Assembly (NCBI RefSeq): GCF_009914755.1
Contig: NC_060930.1
DNA from: the human T2T-CHM13v2.0 reference genome, Homo sapiens
Strand: one strand, 5' to 3'
Length of the DNA stretch: 64,000 bases
The notes under the pieces were generated by a model. It did not search any database and was not told where the DNA came from. It saw only the letters and a list, made by a program, of their open reading frames with translations. This document shows positions 1-17,989 of this stretch, in pieces (the first letter of the stretch is position 1; each line of letters starts with the position of its first letter). Both the position numbers and the translations under genes were made by a program.

Positions 1-569
1 AGCTTGAGACTTGGTAGTGGCATACACAAGAAATTCATTGAATGTGAAGTAAGGGAATGGAAGGAAAGCTTGAGGAGAGAAAGAAAACCCATTGGTAAGA
101 TTATGAATTTCATACAGGCAAAAATTCATAAGAATTTCATACGAATTCGGTAAAAGATACCAAGCAATAGTAATACTTATTCACTAACAAAAGCTCAAGC
201 ATCTGTAAAACAAAAGAAATAACAAAGAACTAAAGACAATCTGGGCCGTTTACGAAATCCATGTGTGTGACCTTAAAGAAGCTCTTTCCCGAATCATTTT
301 CTGTTGTTGCATTGCTGTTTCCAGAGTTCTGGAATTCTATGCCACAAGCTGAACATTAAGGTCATTGATATCATCTGAAGCCAGGAAGAGTCTCTGCTAG
401 GAAGACTTTTAGCACAAAATCAACTATTCTCTGCTCCAAGTAAAATGTCTAAACTGTCTGCAAAGGCAAATGGCTAAAAGCTTTGACAGGAATACTTCGT
501 TAAGTGAGATTAGTCATGACCTCTTAGTAATATAAGCCTGAAGAAAGAAATGAAAGTTGGAAGTAAAGA

Positions 570-1014
570 TATGAGTCATGCTGCAACTTGGTAGCTGGCA
601 TTCATTCAGGAGCTCAACAATGTCAGCAGATCTTAGGCTCCTTCCTTCTGCTCTGCCAGTCCTTATTCTTGTTAACTCATAAATTCAAAATGGCTGCCAC
701 AGCTCCCAACATCACAGTTCAAAGGCAGAAAACAGGGTAGTCAGGGTAAAAGTCTTTATCCTTCTGGGGCTACTCTTATCAGGCGAAAGATTACCTTTCC
801 CAGTAGCCCTGTAGTAGACTTCCCCTCAAATCTCTTTGCCATATAACTGACTACTCTTAGATGTAAGGAAGGCTGACAGAAGGACACAGAATGGCTATGA
901 CTGGCTTAGCTAATAATGACTCATCTGCTAGGGCTGGGTACATTCCCCAGACAAAATAAGGCAGTGGGGCAGGAGCAGGGAAATGGCTGTTGAGTAAGCA
1001 ACAGTGTCTGTCAC
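570..1014 (-). mobile_element. Old MaLR LTR (MLT1J/K-like)
   Basis: aaaatggctgccacagctcc...aatggctgttgagtaagcaacagtgtctgtcaca motifs; degraded. Confidence 0.55.
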
Positions 1015-1511
1015 AGTGAATTTAGCCCATATACATATAAGTTTGGTCTTAATTCTGTATCAAATTTTGTATGATATTTTCTGGGTTTTTGTTGTTGTTG
1101 TTACTTTTTGAACACTTCTCTACTGGACTGTATTTTCTTTGTGTTTGCATGTGTGTGTTTCCTAATAGTTTATAGGGAAATAAATTTTTGTTCTAGTGGT
1201 TACCTTATAACTACAAGTTTATATAATAAACCTAATCCTCTTTCTTCAAGCAAAACCAGTTGACTCCATACTATGAACACTGACAAAATTAGCACACTAT
1301 CACTTCCCTTTTTCTGCTGTTCTTAGTATTTATCTTCGCTTTTTTTTTTTTTTTTTTTTGTAGAGACATGGTTTCACCATGTTGGCCAGGCTGGTCTTGA
1401 ACTCCTGGCCTCAAGTGATCCACCCACTTAGGCCTCCCAAAGTGCTAGGATTATAGGCGTGAACCACCACGCCTGGCCTTTATCTTTGCGTTTCTAAATA
1501 TACTTATTCTA

Positions 1512-1546
1512 TTAGGTTGGTGCAAAAGTAATTGCGGTTTTTGCCA
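1512..1546 (+). mobile_element. Half MADE1 (Hsmar1-derived MITE), one terminal inverted repeat
   Basis: TA-flanked TTAGGTTGGTGCAAAAGTAATTGCGGTTTTTGCCA; second arm absent. Confidence 0.85.
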
Positions 1547-2619
1547 CGTACTTGATTTATCATCTTTAGATGATTTATTTCCATCCCTGGCTATTAAAAT
1601 AATGAAATCAGCACAACTTAAACTACCTCCCTCTCTTCGTCACCTTTTCTCTCCCCACTATTGTTCGTTTTATACTTTCTTGATAGCAGGCGAGAATTAG
1701 AAAGAATGTAGGTGCTTGGTACTTTTACTGACATATAAGGGAGATTTTCTTGCTTAGGAGGATGGAAAGGAGATGGCTTTCACTTTGATAATGGAACCAA
1801 ACGTATGGCCTGGTCATGAAGGAAGGACAAGCTTCTAACCCAAGGTTATTTTCATGAGATATGAAAGGAAAAATATCAGCTCCAGGTGTGCTGGCACAGA
1901 GTCCCAGCTACTCAGGAGGCTGGGGCAAGAGGATCATTTGAGCCCAGGAGTTTGAGTCCAGCTTGGGCAACATAGCAAGACCTATCTCTAAATAAATCAA
2001 TAAATAAAGTATTCAGTACTATGTGGAACTGAATTTTGAGGAAAGTCTAGTAGGGGAGAGATATGTAGCTTTTCTTCAGCATCCAACACAGGATTTAAAT
2101 CTGTGGAGAAGGTGGAGTTACCTCAGGTTTTTTATTTCCTTCTGAATGTCATAAGTAGATTTGGACCTAAGGCTGTCCAATTCCAGAGAGCAGTATAAAA
2201 TGGGGAAATCACTTTTGCCCTAAGATTAGACTGCAGCTTTGGTTTCACCCTGCTTGTTCATGCAGTTCCTGCAGACGTTGACCTTCTAGACTGTCTGCCT
2301 AGACCACACAGGCCTCGTGTCTCCTATTCCTCAGCTCACTTCTTAAAATGGAACTTCCCTTCTCCCACATCTTATAGGACCTGCGTCACCTCTTTAATTG
2401 TATATTAATGAGCTCTTCTGGTACTCGACGTCTTACCTTTCTATTAGTGTCCACCAGCCTCCTGATTAGCCACACTCCTAGTCTAGTCCTCACCAGACCA
2501 CCCCGTCATATCACCGCTTAAATCCCAGAGTGCCAGTTGAGAAAGTAGAAAGCCAGATGAGAATGTTGCTCTGAAAACCAAGAGGGAGATCTGTGTGTGT
2601 GTAGGAAGTTGTCCCTTAT

Positions 2620-3126
<507 letters not shown>

Positions 3127-3540
3127 GTCTATAAAACTAAATGTTAAAAGCTGAGGTAAGATCAATGAGAATCATAATGGACAGAGATTCTTTAGTTTGT
3201 TTGTTTGTTTACAGAGAAGATATAAGATCCTTAATGAGCTCTACAAAAATATTTTGGTGTTTTTTGTTTGTTTGTTTGTTTGTTTTTTTGACACAAGGCT
3301 CGTTCTGTTGCCCAGGCTGAAGTGTAGTAGCATGATCCAAGCTCACTGCAGCCTCGAACTCCTGGGCTCAGGCAATCCTCTTGCAAGTCCTAGCTACTCG
3401 GGGATTGCTCAAGTCCTGAGTAGCTAGGACTATAGGCATGGCATGCACCACTATGCCTGGCTAATTTTTTTCTTTTGTAGAGATGGGGGTCTCGCTATAT
3501 TGACCAGACTGGTTTCAAACTCATTCCTGGCCTCAAGTGA

Positions 3541-3711
<171 letters not shown>

Positions 3712-4725
3712 TGATCCACTCAGCTTCTTTGTCTTTCTTTCCGAATAAGCCAGAAATGCAAAAGAAACTGGCAGAAGATTGTTTTCTCTTAGTCTGGTCT
3801 CATCCGATTTATTTTAGCCTCAAGGAAGACAGGACTTCCACATAGTCTACAAAATATTAGAGAACTGTTCTTGGTCTGATTGTGCTTTATCAGTTGTTTG
3901 TTAGTTTAAACGGATAACCTGAGCTGATTTTTAAAACACCGATTTTACTTGGAATGTGCCAAAACTGTCATTATGCTTTTTATTATGTATAACTTTAATG
4001 ACTATAGTAACTATCTGGAGAACACTGAGCAGGTCGTTATCCAGACATCCATTGTTATAATCATTGCCACATGCTAGACTTGTTTTTTTAAAATAACCTT
4101 TTTATTTTAGAACAATTTTACATTTACAGAAAAGTTGCAAAAATATTATAGAGTTTCCATATAACCCTCGCTCACTTTCCCCCAATGTTAACATTTTTAC
4201 ATTCTATGGTACAGCTGCCAAAATAGGAAACCAACATCGACACGATACTATTAACTAAACTCTAGTCTTCATTTGTATTTCACCTGTACTAGACTTTTGA
4301 TAATAAAATCAGTGTTAAGTTGTTACAACTGGGCTGCCATTTTATAATAAAGCAGGCATAAAAGATCAGTAATTAGTTTAGTCTCTAAACTAAATTAGAT
4401 TAAGAGTAGGTTATGTGACCAGGGGCAGTGGCTCACATCTGTAATACTAGCACTTTGGGAGGCTGAGGCGTGAGGATCACCTGAGGCCAGAAGTTCAAAA
4501 GCAGCCTGGGCAACATAGCAAGACCCCCATCTCTACAATAAAAATTTTAAAAAATTAGCCATGTATGGAAGCACACATCTGTAGTCCCAGCTACTCCAGA
4601 GGCTAAGGTGGGAGGATTGCTTGAGCCTGGAAGTTCAAGGCTGCAGTTAAAGGTTGGGAGTTCAAGACTCCTTGACTGTGTCACTACAACACTCCAGCCT
4701 GGGTGACAGAGTGAGATCCTGTCTC

Positions 4726-4820
4726 AAAAAAAGAAAGAAAGAAAAGAAAAGACAAAGAAAGAAGGGAGGGAGGGAGGGAGGAAGGAAGGAAGGAAGGAAA
4801 GAAAGAAAAGAAAGAAAAAG
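4726..4820 (+). repeat. Polypurine (GAAA/GGGA/GGAA)n tract derived from an Alu tail
   Basis: Directly visible; includes (GGAA)5 at 4780-4799. Confidence 0.9.
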
Positions 4821-5034
4821 CTTATGAATGCTCATCTGACAAGCTAATTAATTTTCTGCATTTTACTGATTTAAGTATCCACTTTCTTACTCCATGTAGA
4901 GACAACAACAATAGGCCAGGTGCAGTGGCTCACGCCTGTAATCCCAGTTCTTTGGGAGGCCAAGGCAAGTGAATCACCTGAGGTCAGGAGTTCGAGACCA
5001 GCCTGAACAACATAGTGAAACCCCGTCTCTACTA

Positions 5035-5229
<195 letters not shown>

Positions 5230-5625
5230 CTACTGATTCTTCTTCTCTCTTAGTCTCAAAGTCCGCTACTCCTCATCCTAGGCTTAATTCTTAACGCAGA
5301 TGTTGTTTTCTCAATAGCGACATGTTCCCTGAAGGGAACGTTCACCTGCCATTTGGGTATTACAAGGAGTTGAATATGCTTTTCTCTTTTGATGCTTAAA
5401 AAATTAGATACAGATCTTTCAAGCAAGCAAAACAGACTAATTAGCTCTGTGAAGCATTATGGCTAGAAATCAATGTGTGTTGTCTGTATTTGACCTGTGA
5501 ATAGGGTTTCTAATAGTCAACTTTAAATTAGCTGTAGAAATGGGGGAGATAGGACTTTATCACGGATAAATAACATCCTACAACTTCATAATAAAGAAAG
5601 ACAACAGGCTGGGTGTAGTGGCTCA

Positions 5626-5981
<356 letters not shown>

Positions 5982-7054
5982 TTACCTGCATTCCTTCTTC
6001 TGAATAGCCTCTGGGTGTGGTTTTATTAAAACTGCAAAAGCCGGAAGAACTATAACTGGAGGATCAAAATGAAGCAGTTCATGAAGCAGACATCCTCATG
6101 GGTTCTCTCACATAAAGAGTTTCTCTCCATCTTCTTACAGATACGTGAAATTCCGGTAATAAGGGACAAAATGGTTAAGCTCTTGATTTGAGACTAAGGA
6201 TGGAGATGGGGCCATTTAGAATGCCCAGATTCAAGAGGCAAGTAGAAAGGAGAGTTGACGAAGGGTCCCGAGCAGGGACAGCTGGAAAAGCAGGTGAGTC
6301 AGAAGTGAACGATGCCCTGGCAGGAGGAACGGATTTCAAGATGGAGCTCAACAGTATGAAATATGCCAAAGAGAGGAGCCTGGCCTCTGTTGAGTTTCCC
6401 AGTCGTGAGGCTCCAGATGGTGCCAAGGTGAAGTTGTGTGGATGGCACACCACAGTCCAGTGAGGCCCACTGAGAGGGAGGAAGTAGAAACAGCAGTGTG
6501 GACTCTGCTTTGAGAAAGTGGGCTGTGAGAAAGAAAGAGACAGATGGTGGTAGCTGGAGATGAACATAAAGTTAAGAGAACTTCTCTCCTTTTTAAGAAG
6601 GCTATGTAAGGTTGCTAGTAAAAGGAACCCATGTATAGGAAGTCGGAAAACAAAACTAAAAACTCAGGAAGAGGGAGAGGAACTAGAAGAAGCAAGTGTC
6701 ATAATGACTTTCAAATGGTTCAGTTTTTAAAAAACGATATACAGAGCGTTAAATAAATTTGTCAAGATGATGACAGTTGTTGAATCTAGGCAGAGAGTAT
6801 ACAGGCTTTCATAATAATATTCTTTCCATTTTCATATACATTTGAAAATTTTCAAAACAAAGGGGATGTGACAAATCTGTGGACCAGCCATATATGGTTG
6901 AAAATTTTCTTTTAAAAATATTGAGAGGTATCCAAATATAATGTGAACATAAAATTGCAACTGAAAAGTTATGATTAAATGTTCACAGCCATACCTAATC
7001 TAATGGACTGCAGATAATATTGTGTTATAGACCTATAAAAATTGTTTCACTTGA

Positions 7055-8830
<1,776 letters not shown>

Positions 8831-11593
8831 TCAACTTGGATGTTTAGTTGTCTTTTTATTTCTTTGTTTATTGTTGCTATTGGCTTTGTTTGTGGGTTTA
8901 TTTCTTATTTTGGGACTTTTAGCACATAAAGTTGGAGATAATGAATGGGAACAGAATGGGAAAGAGTGGATATAATGATACACCACATACCCATCACCTA
9001 CTTTCAATAATTACCTACACTTTCCCAGTCTTCTTCCATGTATTCCCCATACTCTATTGTCTATTTTTCTGGAGAATTTTGAAGTAAATCTAATATATCA
9101 TACCATTTTACTTGTAATTATTTTAGAGGATATCTCTAAAGATAAGGGTTTTTCTCATTTAAAAAACACAGCCACAAGTCATCACCACACCTAAAAAATT
9201 TTATTGGGGTAAAGTTTTTTTGTTTTTTTTTTTTGAGACGGAGTCTTGCTCTATTGCCCAGGCTGTAGTGCAGTGGTGCGATCTTGGCTCACTGGAAACT
9301 CCGCCTCCTGGGTTCACGCCATTCTCCTGCCTCAGCCTCCCGAGTAGTTGGGACTACAGGCACCCACCACTGCACCCGGCTAATTTTTTGTATTTTTAGT
9401 AGAGATAGGGTTTCACCGTGTTAGCCAGGGTAGTCTCGATCTCCTGACCTCGTGATCCGCCCGCCTCAGCCTCCCAAAGTGCTGGGATTACAGGGATGAG
9501 CCACCGAGCCCGGCCTGGGGTAAAGTTTTTAATGTCTTCAATAGTTCTTCATATTATTTTGGCTGAATTTTCTGATATTTTTAATTGAACTAATACAATA
9601 TTGAGGAAATAATAAGTATCTATACTTACGCAAAGGCCTTTAAGAAACTGAAGTTTAAAAGGAAACACTACCTGTGATAAAAGATAAATAATGGCACTGG
9701 TGCCCAGAAAAAATAAAAAATTAAAGGAGTCTTTTATATAAAATCTTTAAAACATTTGACATGCCAATATCAGCAAGAGTGTGGGAAAACAAATATTCTC
9801 ATAGTGAAGCAGTGAGAGTGTGAATTGGATAGTGTGCCAGTCAGACGGCATGTTGAAAGGGTAACTGAAGGAAGTTTAACAAAAAGATTAGTTATAGAGA
9901 TATACTCAGGGTTAGGGGAACCTGCAAGGGCTGGTGAAAGATCCAGGGACAAGAAACTGCAGGAAACAGTTTCTACCCGATCTGACTGACAGGGCAAAGG
10001 GAGAGAGCTTTTCTTGAAACATGGTGGGGACTAGGTTTGGTGGCTCATGCCTGTAATCCCAACACTTTGGCAGGCCAAGGAAGAGGATTGCTTGAGTCCA
10101 GGAGTTTGAGACCAGCCTGGGAAACAGGGAGACTCTGTCTCTACAAATAATTTTTTAAAAACTTAGCTGGATGTAGTGGCAGATGCCTGTGGTCCCAAAT
10201 ACTCTGGAGGCTGAGGCAGGAGGATCACCTTAGCCCAGGAGGTCAAGGCTACAGTGAGCTGTGATTGCACCACTGCACTCCAGCCTGGGCAACTGAGAGA
10301 GACCTTGTCTTATTAAAAAATAAAAATATGTTTTTAAAAAAGGAACATGTGGACTTAGTAGCCACTGGGGAGGAGCTGCTTAATGGAAGCTGGCTTCTGA
10401 TAAGGGAATGTAGCCATTGCGAAACAGAGGCCTGGGGCTCTTTCCTTCTGCCTTCCCATCTCCCACAGAGGTCCTGAATGGACACTGGATGCTAGAGATT
10501 TATAGCCTCCTGGAGTACAGAGCAGGGTCAGGACAGGTAGAGTGTGTATCTAGAGAGGAAAACATGATCCAACACAAAGGACAATTTGATGTTATCTGCC
10601 AGAGTTTTGAATGAACACCCTTGAATCTGCAATTCTACTTCTAAGAATTCACTCTACAAACTCAAATGTATGTAAAGTTGGAAAGTTTGGAAGGGAAGTA
10701 TTTTATGTTCGTTGAGAGCTTACTATGTAGGAGCATCAAGCAAGGTACTCTCCATTTAATCCTTACAAGAACCCTATGAGTTTGGCACTATTATTACCCC
10801 TATTTTACACTTTAGGAAGTCAAGGTTGGTAAAGCTCAGACATTTACCCGTGCTCACAGTTAATAAGTGACAGCACAGGTATTTAAACCCAGACAATCTG
10901 ACTCCAGTATCTGAGCTACAAGGAAGTTCATAGCAGCATTGTTTGTGGAAAAAAATAGACTGAATACAAACTTAAATAACTGTGGTTTGGGGATCTGGTA
11001 AATAAATTATGGCACATCTACACAGTGGAATACTATGCAGCTTAAAAAATGGAATAGGCCAGGTGTGGTGGTGCACACCTGTAGTCCCAGCTACTTGGAA
11101 GGCTGAGGCAGGAGGATCACCTGTGCCCAGGAATTGGACACCAGTCTGGGCAACATAGCGAAACCCCATGTCTCTAGAGGGAAACAAAACAAAACCGAAG
11201 AATGGAATAGATCTACATATACTGATAGGGAAATGTCTCCAAGATACCCATGTGGGGAGGAAAAGGTGCAGAGCATTGTGCAGTCCATGCACCCATTAGT
11301 ACATAAAAATGAAAGGTGCATTTTAATTTAATCTCTCAGCAGAAGGACTGATAATTAAGGGACAATTTTTCAGTGTATACCTTTTAGCATTGTTTTAATA
11401 TGTGTATTACTTTGCAATGAATACATGTAATTAAATAAAAAGCCACATACATACACATACAAATGTGTGTAAAGTGTCCGGAACAGAATAATAACAGCTA
11501 ACATTTATTGAGCACTGTTGTAAATTTTTATATGTATTATCTCGTTGAGTTATTCAAAAGAGCTCTATTAAGTAGGTATTATTCTTACCACCT

Positions 11594-11937
11594 TGTATTG
11601 GTCTGTTTTCATGCTGCTGATAAAGACATACCTGAGACTGGGGAATTTACAAAAGAAAGAGGTTTATTGGACTTACAGTGCTACATGACTGGGGAGGCCT
11701 CATAATCATGGTGGAAGGTGAAAGGCACGTCTCACATGGTGGCAGACAAGAGAAGAGAGCTTGTACAGGGAAACACTCCCTTATAATACCATCAGATCTC
11801 GTGAGACCCATTCACTATCACGAGAACAGCATGGGAAAGATCTGCCCCCATGATTCAATCACCTCCCACTGGGTCCCTCCCATGAGATGTGGGAATTCAA
11901 GATGAGATTTGGGTGGGGACACAGCCAAATCATATCA
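11594..11937 (-). mobile_element. THE1-family solo LTR inserted in a MIR
   Basis: tgtattggtctgttttcatgctgctgataaagacatacc...gacacagccaaatcatatca; MIR-like sequence on both flanks. Confidence 0.88.
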
Positions 11938-13105
11938 CCCTGATTTTAAAAATGGAGGAATGTGGTCACAAAGAGATGAAAGAATTTGTCCAGTGTCACC
12001 CAGCCAGTCTAGCTCCAGAGCCAGTGCTCATAATTCCCTCTCAATAAATGACTACTATTGTTTTTAATGATTTGTCCAAAGCAGTATTAACTTTTTCAAC
12101 AGCTGCATTGTAGAGCTGGTTCCTTTTAATGCATAATCAATGAAAACTTTAGTTTTTTCCATCCTATACTTCATCTTCATTTCAAAAAGAAACTTTAAGT
12201 TTTTTGTTTGTTTTATGAGTTGCAACCAAGCCTGGTCACTACCCCTCTGGTTTTCAGAAAAAACAAAAAAAAACAAACAATAAAAAAAAATTGTTTTAAT
12301 CTAAAAATATCCTTTACATTTATTCTAGTCAAAATGTCAACCTGTTGACATTTGAGACTGAGATTCCAGCCTGTGGAGGTAATTGTGAATCTTTAGTGAA
12401 GCCATTATATTAGCTATCCCTCCTAGTTTTGGGTAATCTTTAAACCTGATAAGCATGCCTCTGTGCCAGCATATAAATTACTGGTAATGTTGCCAAACAG
12501 GACAGTGATAGGGCAGAGCTTTGTGAGATGTCACAGAGACTCTTGGTCAAGTTGTTCTTGATGTATCAATTCATTAACCCTGTTCAGATTGTCCAAACTG
12601 CTGAGTCACCTATCACATTTCTTCATCTTGTCTCCAAGGACAACATGATAAGTTTTGCTCACCATTTTGCTGGAATTATTTCTGTTATTCATTGATTTAC
12701 CACCATAACTGTGCCTCCCTACCCACCCCCCAGCCATTTTTTTTTAAAAAAGAGTCTCAATTGAAAGGGTTTGCTCACAGAACATATAGGGTGGCTTCTA
12801 TTATCATCTCATCTTACATAAGTCCTTGCAAAGTGCTTGTACAGTGGTGTTTGTTCACAATTTACCAACAGCCAATTCCAAGTTTACTAATTCCAATTTT
12901 GATTAAACTTTCTTCTCTTTTTAAAAATTTTTGAGGGCTGGGAGTGGTGGCTCATGCCCATAATCCCAGCACTTTGGGAGGCTGAGGTAGGCAGATCACA
13001 AGGTCAACAGATCGAGACCATCCTGGCCAACATAATGAAAACCCATCTCTATTAAAAATACAAAAATTAGCTGGGCATGGTGGCACGTGCCTGTAATCCC
13101 AGCTA

Positions 13106-13207
<102 letters not shown>

Positions 13208-13336
13208 TCAGTCTCAAAAAAAACAATGTTGAGTTTTTCCCCCTCAGTCTTTTGGTTTCTCTTTATGTGTCCTATAATTTCTCAGAATAATTATGGTGAC
13301 CCAGAGCACATATACCTATTTCTTTAGTATTCTAGG

Positions 13337-13963
13337 TGTTACCAGAAAGGGGTCCCTGATCCAGACCCCAAGAGAGGGTTCTTAGATCTCATGTGAGAAA
13401 GAATTTGGGGCAAGTCAACACAGTATAGGGAAAGCAAGTTTGTTAAGTAAAGGAATAAAAGAATGTGTCCATAGACACAGCAACAGCGTGGGCTGCTTGA
13501 CTAACTATACTTTTAGTATTTCTTGATTATATGCTAAACAAGGGGTGGATTATTCATGAGTTTTCTAGGAAAGGGGTGGGCAGTTCCCAGAGCTGAGGGC
13601 TCCTCCCCTTTTTAGACCATATGAGGTAACTACTTCACGTTGCCATGGCATTTGTAAACTGTTATGGCGCTGGTGGGTGTGTATTTTAGCATGCTAATGC
13701 ATTATAATTAGCTTATAATAAGCAATGAGGACCACCAGAGGTCACTGTCATCGCCATCTTGGTTTCGGTGGGTTTTAGCCCGCTTCTTTATCACATGTTG
13801 TTTTATCAGCAACGTCTTTGTGACCTATATCTTGTGCTGGCCTCCTATCTCATCCTATGACTTAGAGTGCCTAACCTCCTGGAATGAAGTCCAGTAAGAT
13901 TCAGCTTTACTTTACCCAGGCCCTATTCAAGATGGAGTTGCTCTGGTTCAAATGCCTCTGGTG
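13337..13963 (-). mobile_element. MER41B-type ERV1 solo LTR
   Basis: Reverse strand reads cagaggcatttgaaccagagcaactccatcttgaatagg...ggggtctggatcagggacccctttctggtaaca; 4-bp TSD TAGG (13333-13336, 13964-13967). Confidence 0.88.
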
Positions 13964-14071
13964 TAGGGCTGTGTTTTGTCTAGTTCTAGACACTTAAATT
14001 CATTTTTCAAATATCTGCATTGTTATTTGATACTCTTATATACTCTTTTTTTTTTTTTTTTTTTTTTTTGA

Positions 14072-14274
<203 letters not shown>

Positions 14275-15075
14275 TGAACTCCCGACCTCAAGTGATCCGC
14301 CTGCCTTGGCCTCCCAAAGTGCTGGGATTACAGGTGTGAGCCATCGCACCTGGCCTATTCTTATATACTCGTTTATTGAGTTTCAATTTTTTTCTTTGCT
14401 AAAACTGCAGATTACTAAATATTGCTTTATAAAAAAGATGAAGGAAAATAAATGGTTATTTTCCTTGCTCATTGTTAACTCTTAGCATTTATGCTAACTG
14501 CATCAAAACAGCAGAGAATACTGCTCATCCTGTTTATTTTTTAAAATTCAAATGTAATTCAAATGTAGTTTTAAAAGCCCTTTCCCTCACAGTAGGTTGA
14601 AGAAGAAACAAGAGAAAGTCTTTCTTTTCCAATCTCCATCTTTGCTCCTGTCCTAGAAGAGGCGCCGCTAATCTGATTAGGTTCTAAAACAGTGAATGGC
14701 ACACTTCTGCTACAGTGAGAGGTCACTAAAGTGCACTTTTCCCTTTTACTTCTCCTGGGACAGCAGGTGCCTTCTAGGCAGAGACATTTGCTCTTTTTTC
14801 TCTCCTCTATTTCTCTAAACCTTCAGGAATCCTCAATTCTGCTGGGCAGAAAGACTCTACTTATGTCCTGAGCCTAAATTTTGTGCTGCAGCATAGCTTA
14901 ACCAGGATCCCTAAAGAGGCAGTTACAGGAACCTACTTGAAAATAAAGGGGAACCTGCTATGGTGTCTTACATGCTGTTATATCTTGCAAACCTCCTTCT
15001 AGAACCTCAAAGGAAGTGGAGATGGCTGGGCCGAGGCAGGATTTGGGCATTCTTGAGTCCCCAGCCGAGGGCGTC

Positions 15076-15562
15076 TGTCGACGAAAAGAGTCAAACTCCG
15101 TAAAATATTTGAAGAGATTTATTCTGAGCCAAATATGAGTGACCATGTCCTGTGACACAGTCCTTCCTCAGGAGGCCCTGAGAACATGTGCCCAAGGTGG
15201 TCGGGGCACAGCTTGGTTTTATACATTTCAGGGAGGTGTGAGACATCAATCAAATACATTAAAGCTATACATTGGTTCTGTCCAGAAAGATGGTACATCT
15301 CAAAAGCAGTGGTGGAAACCAAAAGTTTTATCAGGCAGATGAAGCCTCCAGGTAGCAGGCTTCAGAGAGAATAGATTCTAACTGTTTCTTATCAGACTTA
15401 AGGTCTGTGTTGATATTAATGGCAGAGAGGTGTAATGAGGCATGTCTAACCCTCACTTTCTGTCATGGCCTGAACCAGTCCTTCAGGTTGAATTTTAGAG
15501 TGCCCTGGCTTAGGAGGCCATTCAGATGGTTGGGGGGCCTTGGAATTTATTTTTGGTTTACA
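15076..15562 (-). mobile_element. MER4A-type ERV1 solo LTR
   Basis: Reverse strand starts TGTAAACCAAAAATAAATTCCAAGGCCCCCCAACCATCTGAATGG, ends ..cgtcgaca; near-TSD cgtc/cctc. Confidence 0.82.
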
Positions 15563-15715
15563 CCTCCTTCATGAGCATGTGAACTGAGCTATCGCTCAGA
15601 AGTCCCCATACAATGCTCTGCTGTTGCCATCTTGAAGTTATCAATATTTTTTGCTTAACAAGGGGACCCAAATTTTTATTTTGCACTGGGTTCCAAAAAT
15701 TATGCGGCCAGTGCT
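15563..15715 (+). mobile_element. MER91-like hAT MITE remnant
   Basis: aatgctctgctgttgccatcttgaa...attttgcactgggttccaaaaattatg. Confidence 0.6.
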
Positions 15716-16945
15716 AACCTAATCCTAATAATTAACTGCACTCAATCCTACCATTACTTCTAAAAAACACTTCCTTTTAAGGAGGAAGATTTAAGTTTCA
15801 GTTTGTTCTTGGTTTTAGCTTTTCAAACACTGTTCATGTAGGTTTTGGGAAATATACTCTTTCTTTCATCTTTTGTATAAACCTTTTACATTTCTGAACT
15901 CCTAAGAAAACTTTGTACTCACATTGAGATTTTTCAAAATTTAAACTAGAGCTTGCTTTTCTAATTTTCTTAAACACTTTTGGAGTCTTAAGTCATGGGG
16001 TAGATTTTGCTTCTTTTCATTGAATTTTTAAAATCTGTTTGCCAAAGGTGTACTTCATACCTAACTCATAAATTCCCAAAAGAAAATGCATTGAGCAAAT
16101 ATATAACACAAATAAGAAATCATGTAATTTCCCCTAATTTTCCCTTCATCTGAAGGTACCTGTCTTAGTTATTTTCATAAGTCTATGTAGCTACACCTTG
16201 CTTGCCACTAGAACTCCCTCTTCATTCAGGTAGGAGGAAAATGATTCACAAACCAATTTCTAAATTATTTATCCAGTCTTTCTCAAGAAAATAGCCTTTC
16301 TTGGAATGGTAGAAAGTAACTTTACTTGGCCAGATGCAGTGGCTCACACCTACAATCCCAGTACCTTGGGAGGCTGAGGTGGCAGATCACTTGAGGTCAC
16401 AAATTTGAGACCAGCCTGGCCAACATGGCAAAACCCTGTCTCTACTAAAAATACAAAAATTAGCCCGGTGTCATGGGCGTGCCTATAATCCCAGCTGCTT
16501 AGGAGGCTGAGGTAGGAGAATTGTTTGAACCCTGGAGGTGGAGGTTGCAGTGAGCCGAGATCCAGCCATAGTACAAGTGAGTGAGACTCCATCTCAAAAA
16601 AAAAGGAAAAAGAAAAAAAAAAGAAAAGAGACTTTACTATCTCTAATGGATGTATTATCTAGAGTAAAGTTTAGCAAAATACAGTCTTCAGGCCAAATCC
16701 AGCCAAGGCCTGTTTTTGTACTGCCTGGGAGCTAGGAATGCTTTTTATGTAATTTTAAGGCTTGTAACAAATGAATGAACAAAGAGTATGCGATTCAGAA
16801 AGTCTAAAATATTTACAATCTGAATTTTTACAAAAAGAAGTTTGCTACCTCCTGATTTAGAGAGCAGTAACAATTTGCCTTCCCTCCCCACTGAAGTCAT
16901 AGTAGAAAAAAATTACCCTAAGCTATAGTTAAAGAAACTTGTGGT

Positions 16946-17989
<1,044 letters not shown>

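Noticed and set aside
1512-1546. Possible miR-548 gene
   Set aside because: Only one MADE1 arm is present, so no hairpin can form.
4780-4799. (GGAA)5 as an EWSR1-FLI1 response microsatellite
   Set aside because: Short and derived from an Alu tail; nothing else supports function.
6175-6567. 130-aa and 91-aa ORFs
   Set aside because: Purine-rich L2-like remnant; no recognisable protein or splice context.
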